The notes beneath the pieces were generated by a model that had not been told where the DNA came from, did no database searches, and saw nothing but the letters and a program-made list of their open reading frames with translations. A DNA stretch of 52,773 nucleotides. Origin: Anaerolineae bacterium (GTDB lineage: Bacteria > Chloroflexota > Anaerolineae > Fen-1058). This document shows positions 18,173 through 26,606 of this stretch, piece by piece. The position numbers and the translations under genes were made by a program. Every line of letters begins with the position of its first letter. The stretch's first letter is position 1. Location: the NCBI GenBank assembly GCA_003154115.1, contig PMCF01000171.1:10903-63675 (forward strand), written 5' to 3'.

Positions 18173-19942
18173 TCAAGCGTAGTGCTGAGCCAGCACTAGC
18201 TCACCATTCTCCCTATAACGAAACAACGTGACGCCATCGCTGAGCACCGCGTCCGGCGATTCCAGCCACGCATAGAATTCGCGCCCCGCCGAAGTGACGA
18301 TGGGTGGAAAGGCAAAAGTGAAAAATTCGCAATCCTGCAGCGCCAGGGCCGAGGCGCGCGCCGTCGCTACATCCGTCACAGCTTCGGGCGAGTCGCACAC
18401 ATGCACGACCACGTCGCAGGTATTGACGCGCCCGAATGTGCCGATCAACACCTCGAGGCCGTTCAGGTTCGGGGCGTAGGCTTGAAACGTCTGGCCGCGC
18501 CGCTGGCCGGGCAGCAGCACATCCTCCGCTTCGATGGGCCGTTCAAATAAGATATTCGTGTAGCGCTGTTTCAGAATCTGTTTGACGCTGTGCTTCAGCC
18601 GCGCGCTGATCCGCGCCCGGCGCGATCGCCGCACCTGGCGCACCTCGTCTTTGATCTGCCGGTTGAGGTTGAGCGTCGTTGCCAATTCGGTTCGATCGAG
18701 CTGTGTATCAGCCCGATCGAGATCCCGATCGATCGCAGGCTGCGGCGCGCGACAGAACTCCACTAACGGCCTCGCCACTTTCTCCCAGTAAAACGACTCA
18801 GCCACGCGCTGCACATTGGCCGCGCACGTTCGACGCAGATCGACATCTTCCGCCAGCTTCAAGATCGCCTGGGCCAGCGCCGCAGCATCTCCCGGCGGCA
18901 CGGTGAGGCCCAACTGTTCACGTTGAATCAGATCGCTGAAGGCGTCGCCTTCGCTGGAAATCAACGGCAACCCCGCCCACAGATAATCGAGGACGCGCGT
19001 GCGAAACGAGAAACGTGTTTCCAAATGATCGAGATGCGTGGTCACACCGATCGTCGCTTCCAGCAAGTAGTTTACTCGATCTTCATACGGCACCCACTCG
19101 TCGTTGAAGATCACGGTCCGATCGAGCAGGCCGAGTTCGCGGCTGAGTTCGATCGCGCGCGCGGCAATCGAGTGCGTGTCCGCCAGAATGGGATTGCGAC
19201 TGGCGAGGAAAAACAACTTCACATCGGCGCGCGCGGCGCGCACCTGCGCCATGGCGCGAATCAACGTCAACGGATCGAGCCAGTCCAACAGGCTGCCGCC
19301 CCAGATCAACACGATGTCATCCGGCTGAATGGCCGCGTGGACGCCGCGCAAAACCGATCGAGTGTGCTGCGGCCGCTGCGCCTGGAGGCCCATCGGCACG
19401 AGGGCGAGCAGCTGGCGCAGATCGCGATCGGCCACATCATACGATATGGGATTGATGCGCCCGGCGGTAGCCAGCATGCCCAGATAGTAATCGCGCTGGC
19501 GCTCATTGGCGCATAAGAAAAAATCACCCACCGCTAATTGGCCGTGCAAGGCCGACTGCACCTGGCGGTATTCGCGCAGCCGTTGCTCCAGCGCCACCTG
19601 CCGACCATGTTCTAGAATTTCCAGGTTCAACGGATCGTACAGATCGAACACCTTGACGCGATCGCTGAGCAGTAGTTTGGGATAGTTCAACGTGATCGAT
19701 CCCTGCGCGACGAAGGCGTCGTGCGCCTGCACCAGATCGATCAGATCGGCTTCGGTGATGAATGACTCTTGCGCCAGGCCGGGCGTGACGCGATCGATGG
19801 AGCGATACGCGGCGATCGTCACATCGGCCACGCGGCTCACCTGCTGCGCCAACTCCAGACAGCGGATGGCTGGGCCGGTAAGCTGCGCCTGGATCGGCAC
19901 GCTGCTGATGAATAAGATGCGCGCGCGGGAAGAGGATGCCAT
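18173..19942 (-). CDS. GT4-like glycosyltransferase with extra C-terminal beta-rich domain
   Basis: 'GPAIRC', 'DLYDP', 'RTRVLDYLWAGLP'; about 110-aa C-terminal extension; paralog of 24780-26534. Confidence 0.85.
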   Translation of the reverse strand: MASSSRARILFISSVPIQAQLTGPAIRCLELAQQVSRVADVTIAAYRSIDRVTPGLAQESFITEADLIDLVQAHDAFVAQGSITLNYPKLLLSDRVKVFDLYDPLNLEILEHGRQVALEQRLREYRQVQSALHGQLAVGDFFLCANERQRDYYLGMLATAGRINPISYDVADRDLRQLLALVPMGLQAQRPQHTRSVLRGVHAAIQPDDIVLIWGGSLLDWLDPLTLIRAMAQVRAARADVKLFFLASRNPILADTHSIAARAIELSRELGLLDRTVIFNDEWVPYEDRVNYLLEATIGVTTHLDHLETRFSFRTRVLDYLWAGLPLISSEGDAFSDLIQREQLGLTVPPGDAAALAQAILKLAEDVDLRRTCAANVQRVAESFYWEKVARPLVEFCRAPQPAIDRDLDRADTQLDRTELATTLNLNRQIKDEVRQVRRSRRARISARLKHSVKQILKQRYTNILFERPIEAEDVLLPGQRRGQTFQAYAPNLNGLEVLIGTFGRVNTCDVVVHVCDSPEAVTDVATARASALALQDCEFFTFAFPPIVTSAGREFYAWLESPDAVLSDGVTLFRYRENGELVLAQHYA

Positions 19943-20114
19943 CAGTAAAAATCCATACGCGGGGCAAAGTTAATCGCGCCCAGGCATTACGCTTGAATTA
20001 AGCTGCGCTTGGCAAGTTCGCTCCGCGTGTTCCATAATCATCGGGTCGTTGACTCTTGACGCTCTCGGCAAGTTCTTACAAGCCATCTTTAAATTCCACT
20101 CTATGCAGATATTC

Positions 20115-20834
20115 TTAACCGCGCGAAAGCAGGCGGGACAACATTGAGCTGCCTTGCGCCGAAGTCTTCTTCCGCGCCCAGCCAATGCGCCCGCCATGTG
20201 TCAAGTGGAAGTCGCAAAAATCAGGGTGCTGGCGCACCATTAGATCGTAAACCATTTTGATTTGAAACGCGTCCAATTCCCGATCAGAGTAATGGCCATG
20301 CGTTTCCCGCCAGTTCGGAATCATCCGTAAGTTAAAGTTAATGTCGTCTAATGCGATCCACGCACCCGGCTTCAAGAGTTTCGCAATCAATTGAAAAGCT
20401 AGGGCATCCGGTTCCCATTCGTGCGCACCGTCGAGCAGGCAAAAATCGAACAACGGCTTGCACGCGTCGTTGCGTGTCTGCTGTTGAATCAAATCAGCCA
20501 GATACCAGTTGTACCCCAGCTTATCGGCGACCACTTCTACCAGCTGATGGTCCAGGTGTGCATGATCCAACAACACCTTCACATTCACGGGCTGATGCAA
20601 ATACATATCGATCGTGACGACGTGACCGCGCCCCAACTCTTCAACGGCGGCACCCAAGACACAAGTCGTCGCGCCGAAGCCAGTGCCCAATTCAATACAC
20701 GATCGCAGCTGCTGATCGATCACGAATTGATAAATGTCTCGCATCGCGTCTTCCGGCAGCAAGAATAGATTAGCCGGCCAATTTGCCGGCGGCGTGTAGC
20801 TATGCAAAGCCTCAAACACGGTTGCTTGTTTCAT
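20115..20834 (-). CDS. Class I SAM-dependent methyltransferase (Methyltransf_24-like)
   Basis: 'IELGTGFG', 'LLDGAHEW', 'LKPGAWIALDD'. Confidence 0.8.
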   Translation of the reverse strand: MKQATVFEALHSYTPPANWPANLFLLPEDAMRDIYQFVIDQQLRSCIELGTGFGATTCVLGAAVEELGRGHVVTIDMYLHQPVNVKVLLDHAHLDHQLVEVVADKLGYNWYLADLIQQQTRNDACKPLFDFCLLDGAHEWEPDALAFQLIAKLLKPGAWIALDDINFNLRMIPNWRETHGHYSDRELDAFQIKMVYDLMVRQHPDFCDFHLTHGGRIGWARKKTSAQGSSMLSRLLSRG

Positions 20835-20861
20835 ATAATTTCCTTATCATTGGTTAAGCGG

Positions 20862-21926
20862 CTAATTTCTGCAAGTTTTTAACGCGCCCGCCCAGGCCTG
20901 ACCGCATTGTTCCAAGATACGAGCGTGCCACAGGTAGCAGCGGGCTGCCTGTGCCATTGTCGTTCGTGTTTCATCGTCTGTCACAAATTGTTCCACTGCG
21001 TTAGTCCACGCCTCGACCGTGTTCTCGGCCAGCCAGCCGGTTTCGCCATGCCGCACGCTGCTTTCATACACCGGCACGCGGCTGGCGATGGTGGCTGCAC
21101 CTAAACTGCTGTAATCCAGGAATTTCAGGTCAGACTTGCAGCGCGTGAAGGGCGTATCCAGCAGAGGGGCCACGGCAATATCCCAGCGTATCTGCCCCGT
21201 AAACCACAGCATAAACAACGGGTATTCCACTTCTTCCAGGCGCGGATGGATGACGCGCACTGGCACGCCCGCTTGCCGGGCCAGCGCTTGTGCCCGCTCG
21301 GAGATGCCGATCACTTGAAATTCAACGGCCTCGCGATGCCGCTCATACACTTGACGCCAAGCCGGCAGGATCAAGCGCCAATCGGCTTCGTGCGAGTACG
21401 TGCCCATGTACCCGATCACTGTCGGCCGAGGTCCAAAAGGCGTTTCCAAGGAGCGCGGCCGTTCGCCGATCAATAGCCGTTCATCCAACGCATTCGGCAC
21501 GATCACGCAGCGCGGATTGAACGGCAAGACGCGTTGCTGCAGCGGCAGCGTCGTAACCACCACCTGATCGGCTTCCCGCAGCCACAGTTCGACCACGCTG
21601 CGTTTGGCAGCGTTGAAATAGCCGGGCGCGGCTTCTTCGGACAGGGACAAAAAATCATCGTCAATGGCATAGACGAAACGCGCGCCGGCCCGCCGGACAT
21701 CTTGCAGCAACTGCTCCGCCGAGGGCAGGGACACATCGGGCCGCCACAGCCGATCGACGATGACGACATCCGCGAGTTCGCCGCGATAGGTCCAATCGAA
21801 AGTTACCTCAAATTGATCGCGCAGCACCGGATGGCTTAACGGGCGCAGCAAACGGATCTGCGCACTGCCAAAGGGGCGCGGATCGATGCCATGCTCATAG
21901 ATCACATGAACTCGCGGCTGGATCAC
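20862..21926 (-). CDS. GT-B (GT4-like) glycosyltransferase
   Basis: 'IDDD', 'IGYMGTYSH', 'APLLDTPFTRCKSDLKFLDYS'. Confidence 0.8.
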   Translation of the reverse strand: MIQPRVHVIYEHGIDPRPFGSAQIRLLRPLSHPVLRDQFEVTFDWTYRGELADVVIVDRLWRPDVSLPSAEQLLQDVRRAGARFVYAIDDDFLSLSEEAAPGYFNAAKRSVVELWLREADQVVVTTLPLQQRVLPFNPRCVIVPNALDERLLIGERPRSLETPFGPRPTVIGYMGTYSHEADWRLILPAWRQVYERHREAVEFQVIGISERAQALARQAGVPVRVIHPRLEEVEYPLFMLWFTGQIRWDIAVAPLLDTPFTRCKSDLKFLDYSSLGAATIASRVPVYESSVRHGETGWLAENTVEAWTNAVEQFVTDDETRTTMAQAARCYLWHARILEQCGQAWAGALKTCRN

Positions 21927-24757
21927 CTAGGTTGTCCTCCGAATAGAACTTCCAATAGCTGGTACGCCGAGCGTTCAGGGAAGAACGCGCACACATCTTG
22001 TAATGCCTGCCACTGCAACCGGCGGCGTAATTCATGATCGTCGACGAGTTGTCGAAGCGCGCGCGCACAGGCGCGACGCGAAGACGTATCGACCACCAGG
22101 CTATTCTCGCCATGCCGCGCAAAACTCGTCGCACCGCCAAGCGCGGGCACAATAACGGCTGCACCGCAGGCCATCGCTTCTAACGCCGTCAGCCCCATGG
22201 CTTGATGGGAGGAAAAATCGACGAACACGTCTACTTCGTTCAATAAGCGCGCCACTTGTTTCTGGCTCAGGACGCCTGCCAAAGTATAAGGAAAATCACG
22301 AGGTAAGCCGTTGGAAGCCAGATCATTTTCCGCCGCCCCAAAGATCACGACTTCCACTTGCGAACCATAGCGGCGCGTCGTCTCCCGCAGCAGTTCCATC
22401 GTCAATTTTGGCGATCGGTAAGGCGACGCCGGGCGAACCATCGCGGCTACGCGGAGAGGCCGCTGGGGCCAGACCGGATCAATGGGCGGGCGGGGGCGCA
22501 ACAGATCAATGTTCAAGCTAACCCCAATTGGCACACAATCGGCGCCCGTGACCTTCAGCACTTCCTGGCGCGTCCACTCGGTCTTGGTAAAGGGCTTGAG
22601 CTGTGGGAATAAAGTGTACGATCGCAGCGCGCGTTGATATTCCGGCGTGCCTGCTTGATACATATACGGCTCAAAATCCTGCACATAGTAACCCAGCGAA
22701 GGATGATTGTCACGCTGGGCCAACGGCAGCAACCATTCAACCGAGGTATTGAAAGTGGCAATCAGGGCATCGAACTTGCGGCTTAGCTCAAAGAGCTGGC
22801 CGGGTGAATCGTAAATCACCGGCAGTTCCAAATCAGGATAGGCCCGCTCGAAGCGCGCCTGATGTTTGGGCAAGTTGAACAGACTGACCTCCACCCCCAT
22901 GCGACGCATGAGCAGGGCTTCATCAATGACGACGTTGCCACCGCCTCCTGGTTCCTGAATAGGCAGCAGGAACAAGAGCCGTTTGCCCCCGTAACCGGCC
23001 TGTCCCTGCCGGATCGCTGCTTCACGTTCCAGCATAACACGGCTACGCGCACGCAGCCCTAGCATAACAGGGTCAGACTGGCAGACTGCCACCCCTTGAT
23101 CGATCACGGCCTGACCATGCTTACCGGCCAGCGTCTGGCCGGCCTGCTCGCTCAGCGCCCGTCGTTTCTCATGAGAATAGCTGCGCGACTGGGCATGATA
23201 GACGTAAACATCGTCGGCAAGCACCGTCTGGAAACCGGCCTGACGGGCACGCAGCGTGAAGTCGTTTTCTTCACCATAGCCCCTGCCAAAGTTGGCCTCA
23301 TCCAGGTAACCAATTCGGTCGATGACGTCGCGTTTGATGCCGTAACAGAAACCGTTGAGAAACGGCAGCGCGGGATACAAGCGCGCCGAATACTGCGCCA
23401 CCCACTGTCCCATCTGCTCGATCGACACGCCCTCCGGCAAGGGATTGGCTGCCCAGTCGCCGTGATCCTCAAGCTCGGGAATCGATTGCCACGAAGCCGT
23501 GTTGGACAACGGCCCTAGCAACCCGATGCCGCTGTCTGATTCTCCGCACGCGACCAGCCGATCAAGCCAGTCGACCGTGACGATGGTATCGCTATTGAGC
23601 AAGATCACGTAGTCGGCAGTCGCCACGCGCAGGCCCTGATTGGCTGCACAACCATAGCCGCGCGCAGCATCGTTGCGAAGCAAAGTAGCGTGCTGCTGTC
23701 CGGCAAACTCGATCAGAAAATCGCGCGTTGCCGCCTCACTCCCATCATCAACCAAGATCAAAGCATCAGGTGGCAGCATGTACTGCACAACAGATTCAAG
23801 GCAGCGGCGCACATCGTCCAGCGCGTTATGCACGCACACGACGATATTAACGGTAGCCGCATGCGCCCGTACCGGCGCACGTTCTCGAATCGGTTCCACT
23901 TGAATCAACCGCGCGGCCGAACCGGGTGCGATGCGGCCTCGTATCACAACTCGCTGGATCATATTCTCCAGCAGTTGATCGCGCATGCTGTGCGGCGGCG
24001 CGAGCCGCGCGCGGAAGTTTTGCAGGCCAAATAATAAACGCCCTCCCAGGCTGGCTTCGAGTCGTCCCCAGCGATCTTCCCAGCGAGCATTCTGCTCTTC
24101 CCAGCGAGCATTCTGCTCTTCCAGCGCGCGCGTGACTTCATCATAGCGATCCGCTTTAACCTGTATCCGCTCGATCAGATCCGCGCGGACGGCCAGTTCA
24201 TGCCCTTGCTCCAAATTGAGTTCGCGCCGCGCCGTCGTCTCTTGCGTCAAGCGCCACAGGCGGCGCTCATACGCGGCGACCACCGGCCCGATCGCTTCCG
24301 CGCGCCCCCGGCGAAAACGCTGCGCCCACGCCGCAATGTACGACGCGTCGTAGTCCACGTCGTGAAAGAAACCCTGCGCCGCAAATTGAGCAGCCCAGTA
24401 ATCGGGCGGCTGCACGTTGCAGTGATCGATCGCTTTGAAATCGAAGGGCGTGGAGGAGAAGAGCATGTCGGCGGTATGTTGGCACAACGCGGCAATGACC
24501 TGCGCCGTCCCGGCCGCCGGGATTTGTTCCAACACATCCAGGCACACGATCAAATCGTAGGAGTCCGCTGCCTCATGCAGTTGGTTCACCCATGAGGCAG
24601 CGTCGGCGGCAGGACTCAGACTTGTCGCGGTTATCCCGCGCGCTTGCAACTTGTCGATCAGCGGCGCAGCACCGCTCACCTCCAACACCGTGCGCGGTCG
24701 AATCTCCGTCGCGATGTGCTCGGCTAACAAATCATAGAACTTGGCATCAAACGGCAT
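21923..24757 (-). CDS. Multidomain glycan polymerase/terminator: methyltransferase-like + coiled coil + GT2 + WsaF-like GT4
   Basis: N-terminal 'YDLIVCLDVLEQI...HCNVQPPDYW'; heptad region; GT2 'VDDGS..LLNSDT..YGEEND'; C-terminal 'YYVQDFEP' and 'GLTALEAMACG'. Confidence 0.8.
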   Translation of the reverse strand: MPFDAKFYDLLAEHIATEIRPRTVLEVSGAAPLIDKLQARGITATSLSPAADAASWVNQLHEAADSYDLIVCLDVLEQIPAAGTAQVIAALCQHTADMLFSSTPFDFKAIDHCNVQPPDYWAAQFAAQGFFHDVDYDASYIAAWAQRFRRGRAEAIGPVVAAYERRLWRLTQETTARRELNLEQGHELAVRADLIERIQVKADRYDEVTRALEEQNARWEEQNARWEDRWGRLEASLGGRLLFGLQNFRARLAPPHSMRDQLLENMIQRVVIRGRIAPGSAARLIQVEPIRERAPVRAHAATVNIVVCVHNALDDVRRCLESVVQYMLPPDALILVDDGSEAATRDFLIEFAGQQHATLLRNDAARGYGCAANQGLRVATADYVILLNSDTIVTVDWLDRLVACGESDSGIGLLGPLSNTASWQSIPELEDHGDWAANPLPEGVSIEQMGQWVAQYSARLYPALPFLNGFCYGIKRDVIDRIGYLDEANFGRGYGEENDFTLRARQAGFQTVLADDVYVYHAQSRSYSHEKRRALSEQAGQTLAGKHGQAVIDQGVAVCQSDPVMLGLRARSRVMLEREAAIRQGQAGYGGKRLLFLLPIQEPGGGGNVVIDEALLMRRMGVEVSLFNLPKHQARFERAYPDLELPVIYDSPGQLFELSRKFDALIATFNTSVEWLLPLAQRDNHPSLGYYVQDFEPYMYQAGTPEYQRALRSYTLFPQLKPFTKTEWTRQEVLKVTGADCVPIGVSLNIDLLRPRPPIDPVWPQRPLRVAAMVRPASPYRSPKLTMELLRETTRRYGSQVEVVIFGAAENDLASNGLPRDFPYTLAGVLSQKQVARLLNEVDVFVDFSSHQAMGLTALEAMACGAAVIVPALGGATSFARHGENSLVVDTSSRRACARALRQLVDDHELRRRLQWQALQDVCAFFPERSAYQLLEVLFGGQPR
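24076..24126. repeat. 21-bp tandem repeat (2 full copies plus a partial) encoding EEQNARW heptads
   Basis: CTTCCCAGCGAGCATTCTGCT at 24076-24096 and 24097-24117, then CTTCCAGCG. Confidence 0.9.
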
Positions 24758-24779
24758 CTCTGAAACTCCATTCAGCTCA

Positions 24780-26534
24780 TCAGGCGCGATAGACCGGCCG
24801 CAGCACCAGCTCGTCGCTATCGAGATAGCGGAACAATGTTACACCATCACTCACGATCGCGTCTGGCGCTTCCAACCAGACGCGGAACTGCCGGCCCGCC
24901 GAATCGGGCAGCGGTGGAAAAGCAAACGCGCACCATTCGCCGTCGTTCATTTGCAAGGCGTTCACGTGCGCCTTCGTCACTTCCGTTGAGGCAGCGCAGA
25001 CGTGCAGCACTACGTCACACGTGTTCGCACGCCCGAAGGTGCCGATCAAAACCTGAAAGCCGGTCAAGTTCGCACGCTCGATCGAAACCAGCTGCTCCCG
25101 GTGCTGATCACGTAGCAATACACCTTCGGCTTCGATCGTGCGATCACCAACAACGCTGATGTAGCGCCGCTTCAGTAAGTGCTTCACCGTCGTCTTGGCC
25201 TGGGCTGTCACGCGCGCTGAAATCGATCGGCGGCGGCGGCGCACCGTGGGCTTAATCCGCGCGATGAGGTCATCCGTCGGATCGATCAGCGCGCGCTGGT
25301 GCTCCAAATTTCGATCGATTGCCGGCTGCGGCGCGCGGCAGAAATCCACTAGCGGCTGCGCGACTTTTTCCCATTCAAATTCTTGGGCGATATCGCGGAC
25401 ATTCTCCGCGCAGGTTTTCCGAAACTCGGCATCACTCGCCAATTTCAAAATAGCTTGCGCCAATGCTTCGACATCGCCCGGCGGAACGGTCAACCCCAAC
25501 TGTCGTTGATCGATCAACTCGCTAAACACATCACCCGCACTGGAGATCAGCGGCAGGCCCGCCCACAAATAATCGAGCACGCGCGTGCGCACCGAGAAGC
25601 GCGTCTCTAGATGATCGCTATGCGTAGTCACGCCGGCGTTCGCTTCCAACAGATAGTTGGCGCGATCATCATACGCGATCCAGTCGCGATTGAAAACCAC
25701 CGCGCGATCGAGCAGGCCGAGTTCCTGGCTCAAAGTCACGGCTCTTTCAGCAATGCCGTGCGGCGCATCCACCACCGGATTCACGCTGGACATGAAGAAC
25801 AACTTCACAGCGGTGCGCTGCTCTTGCACGCGCGCCATGGCGCGAATCAACGTCAACGGATCGAGCCAGTCCAGCAGACTGCCGCCCCAGATGAGCAGGA
25901 AATCGTCTGGAGTGATCGCGGGATGGACGCCGCGCAAAACCGATCGGGAGTGCGTGGGCCGATCGGGGCTGAGGCCCACCGGCACCACGGCCAGCAGCTG
26001 CCGCATATCCCGATCGGCCACATCGTACGATAACGGATTCACCCGTCCCGCACCGGCCAGCATCCCCAGATAAAAATCACGCTGGCGATCGTGCGCGCAC
26101 AAAAAGAAATCGCCGGTAATCAACTGGTTGCGCACGATGGTCTGCACGGTGTGATATTCAGCCAGGCGCTGTGCAGCGGCGGCATGATAGCCATGCTCCA
26201 GCGTTTCCAGATTCAACGGATCGTACAGGTCAAAGACCTTGATGCGATCTGTCAACAACACTTTAGGATATTTGTAAGTGAAGTAACCCTGCGCCACCAC
26301 CACGTCGTGCGCCTGAGCCAGTTCGAATACTTCATCTTCGGTGGCAAACGGCTGCGGCGTCAGGCCGGGGAAATTACGATCGATGGTGTGCAGCGCAGCG
26401 ATCGTCACGTCGGCCACGCGGCTGACCTGCTGCGCCAGCTCTATGCAGCGAATAGCCGGCCCCGTCAGCTGCGCGCGCAGCGGAGCATCGCTGAAAAAAA
26501 TGACGCGTGGTCGCGTTGAAGTTGAGCTAAGCAT
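24780..26534 (-). CDS. GT4-like glycosyltransferase with C-terminal beta-rich domain (paralog of 18173-19942)
   Basis: Long identical peptides with the 589-aa ORF, e.g. 'LIWGGSLLDWLDPLTLIRAMA' and 'RTRVLDYLWAGLPLISS'; start is 26534 or 26594. Confidence 0.85.
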   Translation of the reverse strand: MLSSTSTRPRVIFFSDAPLRAQLTGPAIRCIELAQQVSRVADVTIAALHTIDRNFPGLTPQPFATEDEVFELAQAHDVVVAQGYFTYKYPKVLLTDRIKVFDLYDPLNLETLEHGYHAAAAQRLAEYHTVQTIVRNQLITGDFFLCAHDRQRDFYLGMLAGAGRVNPLSYDVADRDMRQLLAVVPVGLSPDRPTHSRSVLRGVHPAITPDDFLLIWGGSLLDWLDPLTLIRAMARVQEQRTAVKLFFMSSVNPVVDAPHGIAERAVTLSQELGLLDRAVVFNRDWIAYDDRANYLLEANAGVTTHSDHLETRFSVRTRVLDYLWAGLPLISSAGDVFSELIDQRQLGLTVPPGDVEALAQAILKLASDAEFRKTCAENVRDIAQEFEWEKVAQPLVDFCRAPQPAIDRNLEHQRALIDPTDDLIARIKPTVRRRRRSISARVTAQAKTTVKHLLKRRYISVVGDRTIEAEGVLLRDQHREQLVSIERANLTGFQVLIGTFGRANTCDVVLHVCAASTEVTKAHVNALQMNDGEWCAFAFPPLPDSAGRQFRVWLEAPDAIVSDGVTLFRYLDSDELVLRPVYRA

Positions 26535-26606
26535 GCCGGACTTCTCGAAATGATTCGCTGCAAACCGGATATCGTTTTTCCATTCGTCCGCCATCGTCCA
26601 TGCCGG

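Noticed and set aside
19943-20114. 170-bp intergenic gap with a twice-occurring GAACTTGCC (minus strand)
   Set aside because: The repeat is too short and no convincing structure or ORF is present; probably an internal promoter region.
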